Assembly: GCA_018829565.1 (NCBI GenBank)
Contig: JAHJTW010000183.1
Coordinates: 9,996 to 73,995 of the forward strand
Length of the DNA: 64,000 bases
Direction of reading: 5' to 3'
DNA from: a bacterium
Lineage (GTDB): Bacteria > Krumholzibacteriota > Krumholzibacteriia > LZORAL124-64-63
This document shows positions 27,621 through 38,327 of this stretch, piece by piece. The position numbers were made by a program, and so were the translations under genes. The notes beneath the pieces are model-generated. The model worked only from the letters and a program-made list of their open reading frames with translations, was not told where the DNA came from and searched no databases. The first letter of the stretch is position 1. Each line of letters opens with the position of its first letter.

Positions 27621-29417
27621 TCATTCCTTGGGCAGGGGCAGGATGAACGAGAATCCAGCCCCCTTCCGGGAACGGTTCCGCGCGCCGGCCACCCCTCCGT
27701 GGGACTTGATGATCTGGGAGCAGATGGTCAGTCCCAGACCGGAACCGGTCGGTTTCGTGGTGAAAAACGGCGAAAACAGCTTGTCAGCGACTTCTTTTGC
27801 AAAACCCGGGCCAGTATCGCAGACCTCCACCTTGACCCCCCCGTCCAGCAGCCTGGTGCGCACCTCCAGCCGGCCACCGTCGGCCATCACCTGGATCGCG
27901 TTCATCAGGAAGTTCTGCAGGACCTGCTGGATCTCGCCCGGATTGCAGGAAACCAGCACCCCGGGGGCCTGGCAATCGAGTTCCAGCTCGATGTGCTTCT
28001 TCTCCAGTTCCTCGCGGAACCGCGCGGCGGTGTCGGCGGCCAGCTGGTCGATGGCCACGTCCTTCCGGAGCAGCTTCTGGGGCCGGATGAAGTCGAGCAG
28101 GTCGTGGATGATGGTCTCCATCCGCCCGACCTCCTCGGTGATGATGGCCGCGTACTGGTGGTTGGGGTCATCGTCGTCGAGGTTGCGGACCAGGGCGCGG
28201 GCGAACCCGCCGATGGCGACCAGGGGGTTGCGCAGTTCGTGGGCGACGATGGCCGAGGTCTCGCCCATCACGCTCAGCCGCTCCATGCGCAACAGGGTCT
28301 CCTGATCCTCCTTCTGCTTCTCGTGGGCCTTGCGCAGGGCGATCAGCCTCTTTTCCAGCTCGGTGTAGAGGCGGCTGTTCTCGATGGCGCTCGCGCTCTG
28401 GTTGGCGAAGAGCTGCAGGAACTCCAGGTCCAGGTCGGTGATCGTGTTCCCGCTGATGGCGTTGTCGGCGATGATGGCGCCGAGCATGCCGCTGCGCGTG
28501 ATCAGCGGCGCCACCGCGAACTCCCCGTAGCCCAGCCAGCTCTGGATGGTGGCCACGCCCGGGAGGATCATCCCCGGGGTGATTCGCCGGGCCTGCCTCT
28601 CCTGCATGGAACGCACCAGGACGTTGGACTCCTGGTCCAGCGGGATGACCATGTGGCGCACGATCTCGTTCACCGCCACGTCGGTCTGCTTGATCGACTG
28701 GTCGTAGCTGGTCATCATCGAGAACAGGTCGCCGCCCTGGTAGGCCAGGTCGTGCCAGATGCGGGCGGCCTCGTCGGCGTTGCTGGGCCCGATGGCCAGT
28801 TCGCCCTTGAGCAGGCCCGACTTCTCGTCCACCAGCAGCAGGAAGGCCCGGTTGAACCGCAGACCCTGGCCGGCGGTGATGCAGATCAGGACGGCCTCGA
28901 GCACCTGGTCGAGGGTCAGGTTGGCGCCATAGAGGGCCTCGCTGACCTGGTTGAGCAGGGACAGCTTGGCGAGCCGGGCGGCTCGCAGTTCGTCGTCGTG
29001 GTCCCGCTGACGAGTGTCGGAGATGTACAGGAGGCAGTGGTTCGGCTCCCGGTCCGCCGGATCCCCCGTCCCGGGGATCCCGGCGCCCTCCCGCCCCAGA
29101 TCGGGGGCGAAGAACTTGCGGCAGACCACCTCGACCGGCAGCAGGGCGCCCTCGGAAGTCTGGATCTCCAGCTGCATGTATTCGGGATTGCAGACGCCGT
29201 GATCGCGGCAGTCGGTGACGTCCAGGGCGGGCACGAAGAGGGCGCCGACGGGGTTGCCGACCAGCCTGCCCCAGGGCAGCTTGACCAGCTCGCAGACCCC
29301 GCGGCTGGCGGCCAGGATGCGGCCGTCCGGCTGGACCAGGATCAGGGGCAGGGCGCTGTGGAAGAAGCCCTCCGCAACGATCTCCATACGCCGCTGCAGA
29401 TTCCGTTCGTCGGACAC
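27621..29417 (-). CDS. PAS-GAF sensor histidine kinase
   Basis: H box AHELRNPL, N box, DTGPG, FFTTK and GSGLGL; GAF-like GLRFNRAFLLL. Confidence 0.88.
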   Translation of the reverse strand: MSDERNLQRRMEIVAEGFFHSALPLILVQPDGRILAASRGVCELVKLPWGRLVGNPVGALFVPALDVTDCRDHGVCNPEYMQLEIQTSEGALLPVEVVCRKFFAPDLGREGAGIPGTGDPADREPNHCLLYISDTRQRDHDDELRAARLAKLSLLNQVSEALYGANLTLDQVLEAVLICITAGQGLRFNRAFLLLVDEKSGLLKGELAIGPSNADEAARIWHDLAYQGGDLFSMMTSYDQSIKQTDVAVNEIVRHMVIPLDQESNVLVRSMQERQARRITPGMILPGVATIQSWLGYGEFAVAPLITRSGMLGAIIADNAISGNTITDLDLEFLQLFANQSASAIENSRLYTELEKRLIALRKAHEKQKEDQETLLRMERLSVMGETSAIVAHELRNPLVAIGGFARALVRNLDDDDPNHQYAAIITEEVGRMETIIHDLLDFIRPQKLLRKDVAIDQLAADTAARFREELEKKHIELELDCQAPGVLVSCNPGEIQQVLQNFLMNAIQVMADGGRLEVRTRLLDGGVKVEVCDTGPGFAKEVADKLFSPFFTTKPTGSGLGLTICSQIIKSHGGVAGARNRSRKGAGFSFILPLPKE

Positions 29418-29464
29418 GGTCCCGGTTCCTTTCGCGAAGGGTGCGCCCCCGGGAGGGACCCGGG

Positions 29465-30967
29465 TCAGGCCCGGATGGTGCGGGCCTCCAGGGCCTGAAG
29501 ATAGACGTCCTCGTAGCTTGCCGCTGCCCGGGACCAGCCGAATTCGCAACCCATGCCCCGGACCTGCAGGGCGGCCCACCGGTCCGGATCGTCCCAGAGC
29601 GCCTCGGCCCGGCGCAGACAGGCCAGCAGGGCCTCGGGACGCGCCTGGTCGAAGACGAATCCCGTCCCCGCGGCGTCGTCCGCATCGACGACGGTATCGG
29701 CCAGCCCCCCGGTGCGCCGCACCACCGGGGGCGAACCGTACTTCAGGGCGTACATCTGGGACAGACCGCAGGGCTCGAAGAGGCTGGGCATCAGGAACAG
29801 GTCGCAGCCGGCGTAGATCCGGTGGGCGAGGGCCTCGTCGAAGACCCGGGTGAAGGACACGGCGTCCGGCATCCTGGCCGCCACGGCGTCCAGGGCAGCC
29901 TCCAGATCCCGGTCCCCGGTCCCCAGAACGGCGAAGGTGAAGCCGTCCCCCACCAGCCGCTCCAGCAGGGGGATCAGCAGGTCCACCCCCTTCTGGTGGA
30001 CCAGCCTGCCCACGAACCCGCACAGGGGCTTGTCCGGCCGCCCGGGATTGCCGGGGACCGCCAGTCCCAGTTCGTCCGCGAGGGCGGCGCGGCAGGCGTC
30101 CTTGCCCGCGAGCCGGGCGGGGCCGTAGTTCTCCGCCAGATGCGGATCCCGCAGGGGATCCCAGACCTCGTCGTCCGCCCCGTTGAGGATCCCGGAGTAG
30201 CCGGCGCCGCGGGCGCCGAGCACCCCTTCCAGGCCACAGCCGTAGGCCGGATCGGCGACCGTCTCGCGGGCGTAGGTGGGGCTGACGGTGTTGACCCGGT
30301 CGGCGGACGCGATCCCGGCCTTGAGCAGGTTCATCCGGCCGTGGAACTCCAGGAGTCCCGGATAGACCGCCAGGGAACGCGGCAGGCCCAGATCGAGGAC
30401 GCGGTCGGGCAGGTGGATCTCCTGGTGCGCCAGGTTGTGGATCGTCAGCACGGTGGCGGCAGGTCCCGGCAAATCCCGACCCGTGTACCAGTGGTCGCGG
30501 TACAGGAGCGCCGGGACGGCCTCGGCGTCGTGGGCGTGGACGACGTCCACGGGCCACCCGAGCAGGCGCGGCAGCAGCAGGGCCGCCTGGGCGTGCAGGG
30601 AGGCCCTCTCCAGCGAATCGGCGAACCCCTTGCCGTCCGGGCCGGTGTAGATCCCGCGGCCGGCGAACAGATCCTCGCATTCGACGAGGTAGATCTTCAG
30701 CCGGCCGGCCGGCGGACCCTGCACGTGGAAGCGGACGTCGTGGACCTTCTGCCCCACCCGCAGGGCCAGGGGGGGCAGCTTCTTGAGCGGCCGGATGCCC
30801 AGGCGAGCACGGTCGAGATGCCCGTAGAGAGGCAGCACGACGCGCACGTCGTGGCCGCGGCCGGCCAGGGCAGCCGACAGGGCCTGGGCGACGTCGCCGA
30901 GCCCGCCCACCTTGGCCCAGGGGGCCAGTTCCGCCGTCACCATCAGGATGTTGCGCTTGGTCGGCAA
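29465..30967 (-). CDS. glgA: glycogen synthase
   Basis: KVGGLGDV, TIHNLAHQ, GILNG, PSLFEPCGLSQ and TGGLADTV motifs. Confidence 0.93.
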   Translation of the reverse strand: MPTKRNILMVTAELAPWAKVGGLGDVAQALSAALAGRGHDVRVVLPLYGHLDRARLGIRPLKKLPPLALRVGQKVHDVRFHVQGPPAGRLKIYLVECEDLFAGRGIYTGPDGKGFADSLERASLHAQAALLLPRLLGWPVDVVHAHDAEAVPALLYRDHWYTGRDLPGPAATVLTIHNLAHQEIHLPDRVLDLGLPRSLAVYPGLLEFHGRMNLLKAGIASADRVNTVSPTYARETVADPAYGCGLEGVLGARGAGYSGILNGADDEVWDPLRDPHLAENYGPARLAGKDACRAALADELGLAVPGNPGRPDKPLCGFVGRLVHQKGVDLLIPLLERLVGDGFTFAVLGTGDRDLEAALDAVAARMPDAVSFTRVFDEALAHRIYAGCDLFLMPSLFEPCGLSQMYALKYGSPPVVRRTGGLADTVVDADDAAGTGFVFDQARPEALLACLRRAEALWDDPDRWAALQVRGMGCEFGWSRAAASYEDVYLQALEARTIRA

Positions 30968-30977
30968 GGGGACCTCC

Positions 30978-31988
30978 TCACCCGCGCAGGGCGGCGGCCG
31001 CGCTTTCGGGCGGAACGGGGTTGATGAAGAATCCCGACCCGGTCTCGAACCCCGCCAGGCGCACCAGCCTCGGGGTCAGTTCCAGGTGCCAGTGGAACCC
31101 ATTGTGCGCCGCTCCCGGAAGGCTGTCGAGGGCTTCCTGGCCCGTGACCACCACCAGGTTGAAGGAGTGGTCCCCGTGCCGGCGCCGCTGCGCTTCCAGG
31201 ACCGTCTTCAGCACGGCCGCCAGGGCTTCCAGTTCGGCGTCCGGGGCCGCGGTCAGGCGGGACCGGTGGCCGCGGGGCCAGAACCCGGCCTCGAAGGGAA
31301 ACCGGCTGGCCCAGGGGGCGATGGCCGCCCAGTGCTCGTTGCTGGCGATGACCCGGCTGCCGTCCGCGCACTCGGCGGCGACCAGGTCGCAGGCCAGGCA
31401 TCCCCCGGTCCGCACCCGGTGGGCCGCCAGCCGTTCCTGCTTGGCCCGCACGCTCTCGGGGACCTCGGGCAGGGCCAGGATCTGCAGGTGGGGATGGCTG
31501 AGGGTCGCCCCGGCCTCGGGTCCGGCGTTCATGAAGGGCAGGACGAACAAGCCGGGCGCCTCGGCGTTCAGGGCGGCCGTCCGGTCCCTGACCAGGCCCA
31601 GCAGTTCGGCCAGATCGGGGACCGTCAGGTCCGCCAGGGTCGCCTCGTGCCGGGGGGTGCAGACGATCACCTCGTGGCGCCCGCTCCCGGGCCGGCGGGG
31701 AAAAAGCCCGCCCGTGGCGGGATCATCATTCGGCGCACCGTCCAGAGCGGGAAACTTGTTGGGGAAGGCGCGCAGGCGCCAGCCCGGGGAATTCTCCGGC
31801 GCTCCATCAGGACGGCCTGCTGCGGTGATCTCGGGGGTCGTCAGGTGCTCCCGGCCCGGGCAGAAGGGACAGGTGATCGGGCGGTCCGGCGCCACGCCCG
31901 GCAAGGGAAACTCGTTGGGACGTCCCGACCTGTGAGGAGAGACGACGACCCAGCGGCCGGTCAGGACATCCTGTCTCAGTTCATTCAT
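30978..31988 (-). CDS. galT: galactose-1-phosphate uridylyltransferase family (possibly ADP-glucose phosphorylase-like)
   Basis: RP, CPFCPG, NKFPAL, GATLSHPHLQ and GFE.GSG..INP motifs. Confidence 0.85.
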   Translation of the reverse strand: MNELRQDVLTGRWVVVSPHRSGRPNEFPLPGVAPDRPITCPFCPGREHLTTPEITAAGRPDGAPENSPGWRLRAFPNKFPALDGAPNDDPATGGLFPRRPGSGRHEVIVCTPRHEATLADLTVPDLAELLGLVRDRTAALNAEAPGLFVLPFMNAGPEAGATLSHPHLQILALPEVPESVRAKQERLAAHRVRTGGCLACDLVAAECADGSRVIASNEHWAAIAPWASRFPFEAGFWPRGHRSRLTAAPDAELEALAAVLKTVLEAQRRRHGDHSFNLVVVTGQEALDSLPGAAHNGFHWHLELTPRLVRLAGFETGSGFFINPVPPESAAAALRG

Positions 31989-32166
31989 CGGATTTTTTCC
32001 CCGAAAAAAACGTCCGACAGGGAACAATCCCGCCGGCCCGAGCGTAAAACAACCATACTCCGGAGCCAACAAGAACCGCATCCCCCTAGCGGCACCTCCT
32101 CCGGGCGAGACGATGGAAAAAAAGCGGGCGAGCGCGGGAACGGACCCAAGGGCGAAGGGTCCGTTC

Positions 32167-32832
32167 CTATTTTTCATCCCCCATCCCCGCCGGCCGACCC
32201 GCCAGGACGAACTGCAGGTACTTCATATCGGCGAATCTCCCGAGAGTCAAGGCGTTGAAGGCCTTGAACTTCAACGATCCGGTGGGATTGATCCCCTCCA
32301 CCGTCTCCACCGTGAAACCGCTGTCCCGGAACAGGGCGATCATGCTGCTGCGGGTGAAGAACCGCAGATGGGTGCGGTCGCAGATCCCCTCGTCGGCGTA
32401 CTCCCAGCGGCCCTTCAGGGCCAGGTCCACCACGTTCCAGAAGTACCGGACGCTGGGGATGGAGGCGGTGACGCGGCCGCCGGGAGCCAGCAGGGGCGGC
32501 AGCATGCCCAGCAGGTCCCCCGGTTCGAGCAGGTGCTCGAGGACGTCGTTCAGGCAGATGCAGTCGAAGGCCCCGCGCGGCAACGTAGGAATGACGGCGT
32601 GAGCATCGCCGGTATGGACGGCGTGGAGCACCTCCGCCGCCCTTCGGGCCGCCTCCGGGTCGAACTCGATGCCGGTGATCTCCAGGTCGGGCCGGGCCTC
32701 CAGCAGGCCCGCGGCGAAGGCCCCGGCGCCGCAACCGACGTCCAGGATGCGGCGGGCGTCCGCCGGCACGAAACGCTGAAGCTCCCGGCGCGGGCGCCCG
32801 TAGTACTCCGGCGCTTTCTTCAGTTCGCCCAT
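32167..32832 (-). CDS. class I SAM-dependent methyltransferase
   Basis: LDVGCGAG, DVLEHL and THLRFFT motifs. Confidence 0.85.
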   Translation of the reverse strand: MGELKKAPEYYGRPRRELQRFVPADARRILDVGCGAGAFAAGLLEARPDLEITGIEFDPEAARRAAEVLHAVHTGDAHAVIPTLPRGAFDCICLNDVLEHLLEPGDLLGMLPPLLAPGGRVTASIPSVRYFWNVVDLALKGRWEYADEGICDRTHLRFFTRSSMIALFRDSGFTVETVEGINPTGSLKFKAFNALTLGRFADMKYLQFVLAGRPAGMGDEK

Positions 32833-34916
32833 CAGTTCCCCCCCGGCGATCCGAAGGCGCGGGTGTTGGTGTCGGCCAGCAGGCGGTCCAGGTCCTCCGC
32901 CTCTCCCACGATGATCAGGCGGTCCCCCTCGTCCAGGGGCCGGCCTGGATCGGGCATCTCGTTCCGTAGACCGCCCAGCAGGGTGCGCTGCTTCACCGCC
33001 AGCACCGAGATGTTGTAGCGCGGACGCAGGGCCAGTTCCTGGAGGGTCATGCCGATCCATTCGGCCGGCGGCACGAAGAGCTGGACCTTGTACTGCTCGG
33101 GGAGCTCGACGCAGTCGTGCATGCGGGCCTCCCCGGTGACAAGCTTGATGCCCTTGTCCTCCTGGTGCAACACCTCGCGGTTGTAGACCTCGAAGATGGC
33201 CTGACGCGTGATGACGCCCACGAGCACCGGTTTTTCCGGGCCGTACAGGACCGGCAGGTCGGCGGTGTCGCGATGGCCCAGCTTGAGCAGGCAGTCCTCG
33301 AGGTTGTCGCGCCGGTAGACGATCTGCGGCACCTCCCGGAGGATGTCGGCGGCGATCAGCACCTGGCCGAGGTTCTCCTCGTGCAGGATGTCCTTCACGT
33401 CGTGGATGGAGATCAGGCCGCGCAGCTTGCCGACCTCGTCCACGACGTAGTAGTGCTCCTCCTGGTTCTCCAGGAAGAGCTTCAGGATGTGGTCCAGCCT
33501 GGCGGTCACCTCGATCGAGGCGGGGTTGACCTCCATGATGTCCTGCACGTGGAAGCTGCGCAGGATGGCGCTCTCGCGGCCGAAGTTCAGTTCCTGCCCC
33601 CGGCGCGTGAACTTCAGGGTGAAGATGGAGTCCTTCATCAGCGAGCGGTACACCAGGGCCGCCCCGATGCTCGCGAGCATGAGCGGCAGGATGACCTGGT
33701 ACTGGCCGGTCATCTCGAAGAGGATGAGGATCGCGGTCAGCGGACCTCCGGTGGCCGCGCCCACCATGGCCGACATCCCCACCATGGCGAAGGCCCCAAC
33801 CGCGTGGTGGGCGTCGGGGAAGATCTGGCCCAGGCCCGCGCCGAAGGCGCCTCCGAGCATGCCGCCGAGGAACAGGGCCGGCGCGAAGATCCCCCCGCTG
33901 AATCCCGACCCGAGGGTGAGATTCACCGCCAGGAGCTTGACCACCACCAGCAGGACCATCAGGCCCAGGGCCATCTCGCCGTTCAGGGCCTGGACCATGG
34001 ACCCGTAACCCACGCCGTAGACCTGGGGGAACCAGATGGTGATGGCGCCCAGGAAGACTCCGCCCAGGGCGGGCTTGAGCCAGGGCTTAACCGGCAGGCG
34101 CTCGATGGCGTCCTCGCTTGCGTAGAGGGTGCGGACGTAGATCACCGCCAGCAATCCCACCAGCAGCCCGAGCACCAGGTAGAACGGCAGCTCCAGGCTG
34201 TTCTCGATGGTGAAGTCGGGCACCGGAAACGAAGGGGTGTCGCCCAGGAACTCGCGGCTGACGGCGGTGGCGACCACGCTGGCCACGATGATGGGACTGA
34301 AGGTCACCAGCGCGAAATCGCGCATGAGGATCTCCAGGGCGAAGAACGCCCCGGCGATGGGTGCGTTGAAGGTGGCTGCGATGCCGGCCGCAGCCCCGCA
34401 GCCGATGAGGGTCCGCAGACGCTGGGGCGAGAACCGCAGCCACTGGCCCACGGTGCTGCCCAGGCCGGCGCCGATCTGGACGATGGGACCTTCGCGGCCC
34501 ACCGAACCGCCGCAGGCGATGGTGATGGCGCTGGCGGTGATCTTCACCGCGGCGACCACGGGCCGGATCACCCCCTTCTTGAAGACGATGGCGCCCAGCA
34601 CCTCGGGGACCCCGTGCCCCTTGGCCTCACGGGCTCCCCAGTGCACCAGGGGACCCACGACCAGGCCGCCCATCACCGGCAGCAGGATCTTCTTCCACCA
34701 GGGCACGGCCATGAGCAGTTCGACCGTGTTCTCGCCGTGGCCGATGGCGAAGCCCTGGAAGAAGTCCACCATCCAGCGGAAGAGGATGGCCCCGAATCCG
34801 CCGCAGACGCCGACGATGGCCGCCATGACGACCATGATGGTGGTCTCGTCGGGTTCGAAGCGTTCGATGACCCTGAAGAGGGCCCGGCGGGTGCGGCTGT
34901 ACTTCCTGACGGACAA
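32832..34916 (-). CDS. ClC chloride channel/antiporter with CBS pair and TrkA_C domain
   Basis: GHGVP, GREGP, FNAP and GGIFAP motifs; CBS and RCK_C-like C-terminus. Confidence 0.9.
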   Translation of the reverse strand: MSVRKYSRTRRALFRVIERFEPDETTIMVVMAAIVGVCGGFGAILFRWMVDFFQGFAIGHGENTVELLMAVPWWKKILLPVMGGLVVGPLVHWGAREAKGHGVPEVLGAIVFKKGVIRPVVAAVKITASAITIACGGSVGREGPIVQIGAGLGSTVGQWLRFSPQRLRTLIGCGAAAGIAATFNAPIAGAFFALEILMRDFALVTFSPIIVASVVATAVSREFLGDTPSFPVPDFTIENSLELPFYLVLGLLVGLLAVIYVRTLYASEDAIERLPVKPWLKPALGGVFLGAITIWFPQVYGVGYGSMVQALNGEMALGLMVLLVVVKLLAVNLTLGSGFSGGIFAPALFLGGMLGGAFGAGLGQIFPDAHHAVGAFAMVGMSAMVGAATGGPLTAILILFEMTGQYQVILPLMLASIGAALVYRSLMKDSIFTLKFTRRGQELNFGRESAILRSFHVQDIMEVNPASIEVTARLDHILKLFLENQEEHYYVVDEVGKLRGLISIHDVKDILHEENLGQVLIAADILREVPQIVYRRDNLEDCLLKLGHRDTADLPVLYGPEKPVLVGVITRQAIFEVYNREVLHQEDKGIKLVTGEARMHDCVELPEQYKVQLFVPPAEWIGMTLQELALRPRYNISVLAVKQRTLLGGLRNEMPDPGRPLDEGDRLIIVGEAEDLDRLLADTNTRAFGSPGGN

Positions 34917-35094
34917 TGGGGCCTCGCGGAGTCGGGGTTCGGGGGACGAAGAAGCCCTAAACTGGCAAATCCCTGGGGATTCGTCAATACCGGGCCGTGC
35001 GGATCCCAGCTTCCGACCTTTCATTGTCCTTGGCAAGCCGGCGACCATCGGCATAATGGCAGGACATCGTGCACTCCATCGGAAACGAGGACCC

Positions 35095-37782
35095 ATGGCC
35101 CCCGACTTCACTCCCGGCGGCGGACTCCATCCCAGCGACCTGGCGCCAGGTCTGTTCACCGCCCTGCTGGACAACGGCATGCGCGTCATCATCAAGGAGG
35201 ACCGCCGCCGCGACGTGGCCATCTGCAACGTCTGGGTGGGCGCCGGCAGCAACCGCGAGCCCGAAGCCCTCAGGGGATGGTCCCACGGCATCGAGCACCT
35301 GCTGTTCAAGGGGACGGGCAAGCGCGGGGAGGGGGACTTCGCCCGCGAGGTCGCCGAGGCCGGCGGCTCGACCAACGCCGGGACCGGCTACGAGACCACC
35401 AACTACCACATCACCCTGCCGGCGGAGAACCTGCCCGTCGCCGTGGACATCCTCGGCGACGCCCTGTTCCACAGCGCCTTCGAGCCCGGAGCCCTCGACG
35501 CCGAACGCGAGGTCCTCGTCCACGAGAACCACATGTACGACGACGTGCCGTTCGGTTACGGGGTGACCTGGCGCTGGGGGATGGAACTGGCCTTCGACCG
35601 CAGCCCCTACGCCCATCCCATCGGCGGCCAGGACGAGAACCTGCGCGAACGCAGCCGCGACCAGATCCTGGCCTACTGGCGCAGCGCCTACCGGCCCGAC
35701 AACGTGATCGTGGTCCTGGTCGGGGCGTTCGCCGCGGACGAGGCCTTCGGCCTCGTGAAGGAGAAGTTCGGGACGGTGCCGCCTTACGAGGGGCCCGGCG
35801 ATCCGGCGACGGACATCGTCGCCGCGCCCCCGGTGGAGGGCCGGCATGACGGGCCGCGCTGGCGGCTGGAGCGCGGAGACATCGCCAAGTGTTACGCCAA
35901 GCTCATCTTCCCCGCACCGGGCGAGCACGAGGACCGGCGCCAGATCATGAGCGTGATCCACAAGATCCTCGCCGACGGCCGCAGCTGCCGGATGCACCGC
36001 CAGGTCCAGGAGGAAAGCAAGCTGGTCGACGACTTCGTCGTGATGACCGAGGCCGGCCCCCGCGAAGGCATCGCCATCGTCGACCTGGAGACGGACGTGC
36101 AGCGCCTGCCCGCGGCCATCAAGGCCGTCTGCAGCGTTCTCGAGGACCTCAAGCGCACCGGCGGCACTCCCGAGGAACTGGACCGCGCCCGGGTGCGCAC
36201 CCTGCGCGGGCACCTGTTCGGGAACGAAACGGTCCAGGGCCAGGCCCACAACCTGGGCCACCATGCCATGCTCGGGGACCTGCCAGGGGCCTTCGAATAC
36301 CCCGGCCGCGTGGCGTCCGTGACCGCCGCCGACGTCGCCGCCATCGCCGCCGAGGTCTTCGACCGCCACCAGCTGAGCGTGATCGCCTATCTGCCGGAGC
36401 ACGCCGCCGCGGGAGACCTGCCCGCCTCGGGGCGGGACCTGGAGGAACTGCTCAGGGGCGTCCTGAGCACCGGCGTGGCCCATCCCTCTCCCGCCGGGCC
36501 GGCCGGAGCGCCCGGGCCGACCCGCCACGCCACCGCGGGCGGCCGCGCCGAACCGTTCCGCCTGACGGCATTGCCGGGGGGCGGCGAGATCTGCTGGCGC
36601 ATCGACCGCACGGTTCCTGTGCTGGCCATGACCCTGACCACCCTGGGCGGCGCCTGCAGCGAGTCCGCCGCCTCGGCGGGATTGGCCGCCCTGACCTCGT
36701 CCGTGCAGATCAAGGGAGCCGGAGGCCGCACCGCGGCCGCCCTGCACGGACTGCTGGAAGGCGAGGGGGCATCCATCTCGCCCCGCACCGAGCGGGACTT
36801 CTCCGGGCTGGGCCTGTCGGCCATGAGCGATCGCCTGGACCGCCCCCTGGATTTGCTGGCGGACATCATCCACACCCCGGACTTCGCGCCGGACGAGATC
36901 GAGCAGGAGAGGCGCCTGGCCCTCGAGGAGCTGGCCTCCCTGGAGGACAACCCCCTGCAGCTGGGGGTCACCCGCCTGCGGGAGATGCTCTACGGCGACC
37001 ATCCCTACGGTCGTCTGCTCCCCGGAACCCCCGAGAGCCTGCCCGGATTGACCAGGGAGCTGATCCTCGCCGCCCACGCCGGAGCCTGGATCCAGGGCAA
37101 CATCCAGGTCTGCCTGAGCGGGGACTTCGACCCCGATCTCCTGCTACCCTTGCTGCAGGACATCCTGGCGGCCCTGCCGGCCGGGCCCAGAACCATTCCC
37201 GTCGTCAGCCCCGCCCGGAAACCGTCGGGGGCGGAGATCCAGCGCCTGCAGCGCCGCATCAACCAGTGCGTCCTGCTGTTCGGCTGGCCGGGCCCCCGCC
37301 ATCCGGACGAGAACCTGGCGCCGCGCCTGGTCCTGAAGGAACTCCTCAACGGGCAGAGCGGCCGCCTCTTCGAGGAACTGCGCAACAAGCGCTCGCTGTG
37401 CTACAACACCGGAGTGATGACCACCGCCGGCTTCGGGCAGGGCATGATGCTGGGATACGTGCTGACCGCCCCCGAATCCGAACAGGAGGCCCGCACGGCC
37501 ATGCTGGCCGAGCTGTCGCGCATCACCGTGGAACCCGTCGGGGCCGTCGAGCTGGAGATGGCCCGGGCCAAGCTGATCGGCAACCTGCTGATCGGGCACC
37601 AGTCCAACAGCGCCATGGTGGCCCGGGCGGCCCGCAACCGGGTCTACGGCAGGGAGGCCGAGGATCTGGTCCGGCTGGTGGCGGAGATCCGGGCCGTGAG
37701 CGCCGGCGACGTCACGACCCTGGCCGGCGAACTGATCACCCCCGACCGGCGCTGCGAGGTCGTGGTCAGCCCCGTCGGGTGA
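35095..37782 (+). CDS. M16 family zinc peptidase
   Basis: LDNG, HGIEH (HxxEH), NAGT, HPIGG, second half HPYG and RLFEELR. Confidence 0.9.
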   Translation: MAPDFTPGGGLHPSDLAPGLFTALLDNGMRVIIKEDRRRDVAICNVWVGAGSNREPEALRGWSHGIEHLLFKGTGKRGEGDFAREVAEAGGSTNAGTGYETTNYHITLPAENLPVAVDILGDALFHSAFEPGALDAEREVLVHENHMYDDVPFGYGVTWRWGMELAFDRSPYAHPIGGQDENLRERSRDQILAYWRSAYRPDNVIVVLVGAFAADEAFGLVKEKFGTVPPYEGPGDPATDIVAAPPVEGRHDGPRWRLERGDIAKCYAKLIFPAPGEHEDRRQIMSVIHKILADGRSCRMHRQVQEESKLVDDFVVMTEAGPREGIAIVDLETDVQRLPAAIKAVCSVLEDLKRTGGTPEELDRARVRTLRGHLFGNETVQGQAHNLGHHAMLGDLPGAFEYPGRVASVTAADVAAIAAEVFDRHQLSVIAYLPEHAAAGDLPASGRDLEELLRGVLSTGVAHPSPAGPAGAPGPTRHATAGGRAEPFRLTALPGGGEICWRIDRTVPVLAMTLTTLGGACSESAASAGLAALTSSVQIKGAGGRTAAALHGLLEGEGASISPRTERDFSGLGLSAMSDRLDRPLDLLADIIHTPDFAPDEIEQERRLALEELASLEDNPLQLGVTRLREMLYGDHPYGRLLPGTPESLPGLTRELILAAHAGAWIQGNIQVCLSGDFDPDLLLPLLQDILAALPAGPRTIPVVSPARKPSGAEIQRLQRRINQCVLLFGWPGPRHPDENLAPRLVLKELLNGQSGRLFEELRNKRSLCYNTGVMTTAGFGQGMMLGYVLTAPESEQEARTAMLAELSRITVEPVGAVELEMARAKLIGNLLIGHQSNSAMVARAARNRVYGREAEDLVRLVAEIRAVSAGDVTTLAGELITPDRRCEVVVSPVG

Positions 37783-37794
37783 TTCCCGGTCATG

Positions 37795-37826
37795 AAAAAA
37801 GGCCTCCCCCGGACGGGGGAGGCCTT
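37795..37826. terminator. intrinsic terminator between convergent genes
   Basis: AAAAAAGGCCTCCCCC-GGAC-GGGGGAGGCCTT. Confidence 0.75.
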
Positions 37827-37843
37827 GCTCCTGGACGGAGAAT

Positions 37844-38197
37844 CTAGCCCACGACGCGGTAGCGGTCAGGAGCGTCGGACATGTCGATGAGCACGGTCTG
37901 CTGAGTGAAACTGGTGCGGTGCTTGACGCCCTCGGGCACGCGGTACTGGTCGCCGGCCTGGTAGAGGTTGCTCTGGCCGTCGATGTGGATGACCATCTCG
38001 CCGGAGATCACCAGCCCCTGCTGGTCGCAGTGGGAATGGTCCGGAAACGACACCCCTTCTTCGAAGACGAAAAAGACGACCTGCTTGCGGTCGTCCTTCA
38101 GGCAATATCCCGTGACCCCGTCGACCGGGACTTCGACCTTGGGCAAGGCCATGATTTCGGGGGGCAAAAGGTTGTCGATGGTACGGGCGGATTCCAT
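37844..38197 (-). CDS. cupin domain protein
   Basis: PDHSH...Q.G.VISG and GD...VP.GVKH motifs. Confidence 0.85.
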   Translation of the reverse strand: MESARTIDNLLPPEIMALPKVEVPVDGVTGYCLKDDRKQVVFFVFEEGVSFPDHSHCDQQGLVISGEMVIHIDGQSNLYQAGDQYRVPEGVKHRTSFTQQTVLIDMSDAPDRYRVVG

Positions 38198-38327
38198 ACG
38201 CTGACCCTCCTGTGATCTCGATCGCTACAGGATGACCGGAGCGGGCGGGCCCGCCGTCCGGATGCTCACATCATATTCCAAACCCCGGGTTCGGCAAGGA
38301 TCCGGGGATCCCCGGACCCAACCGCCT

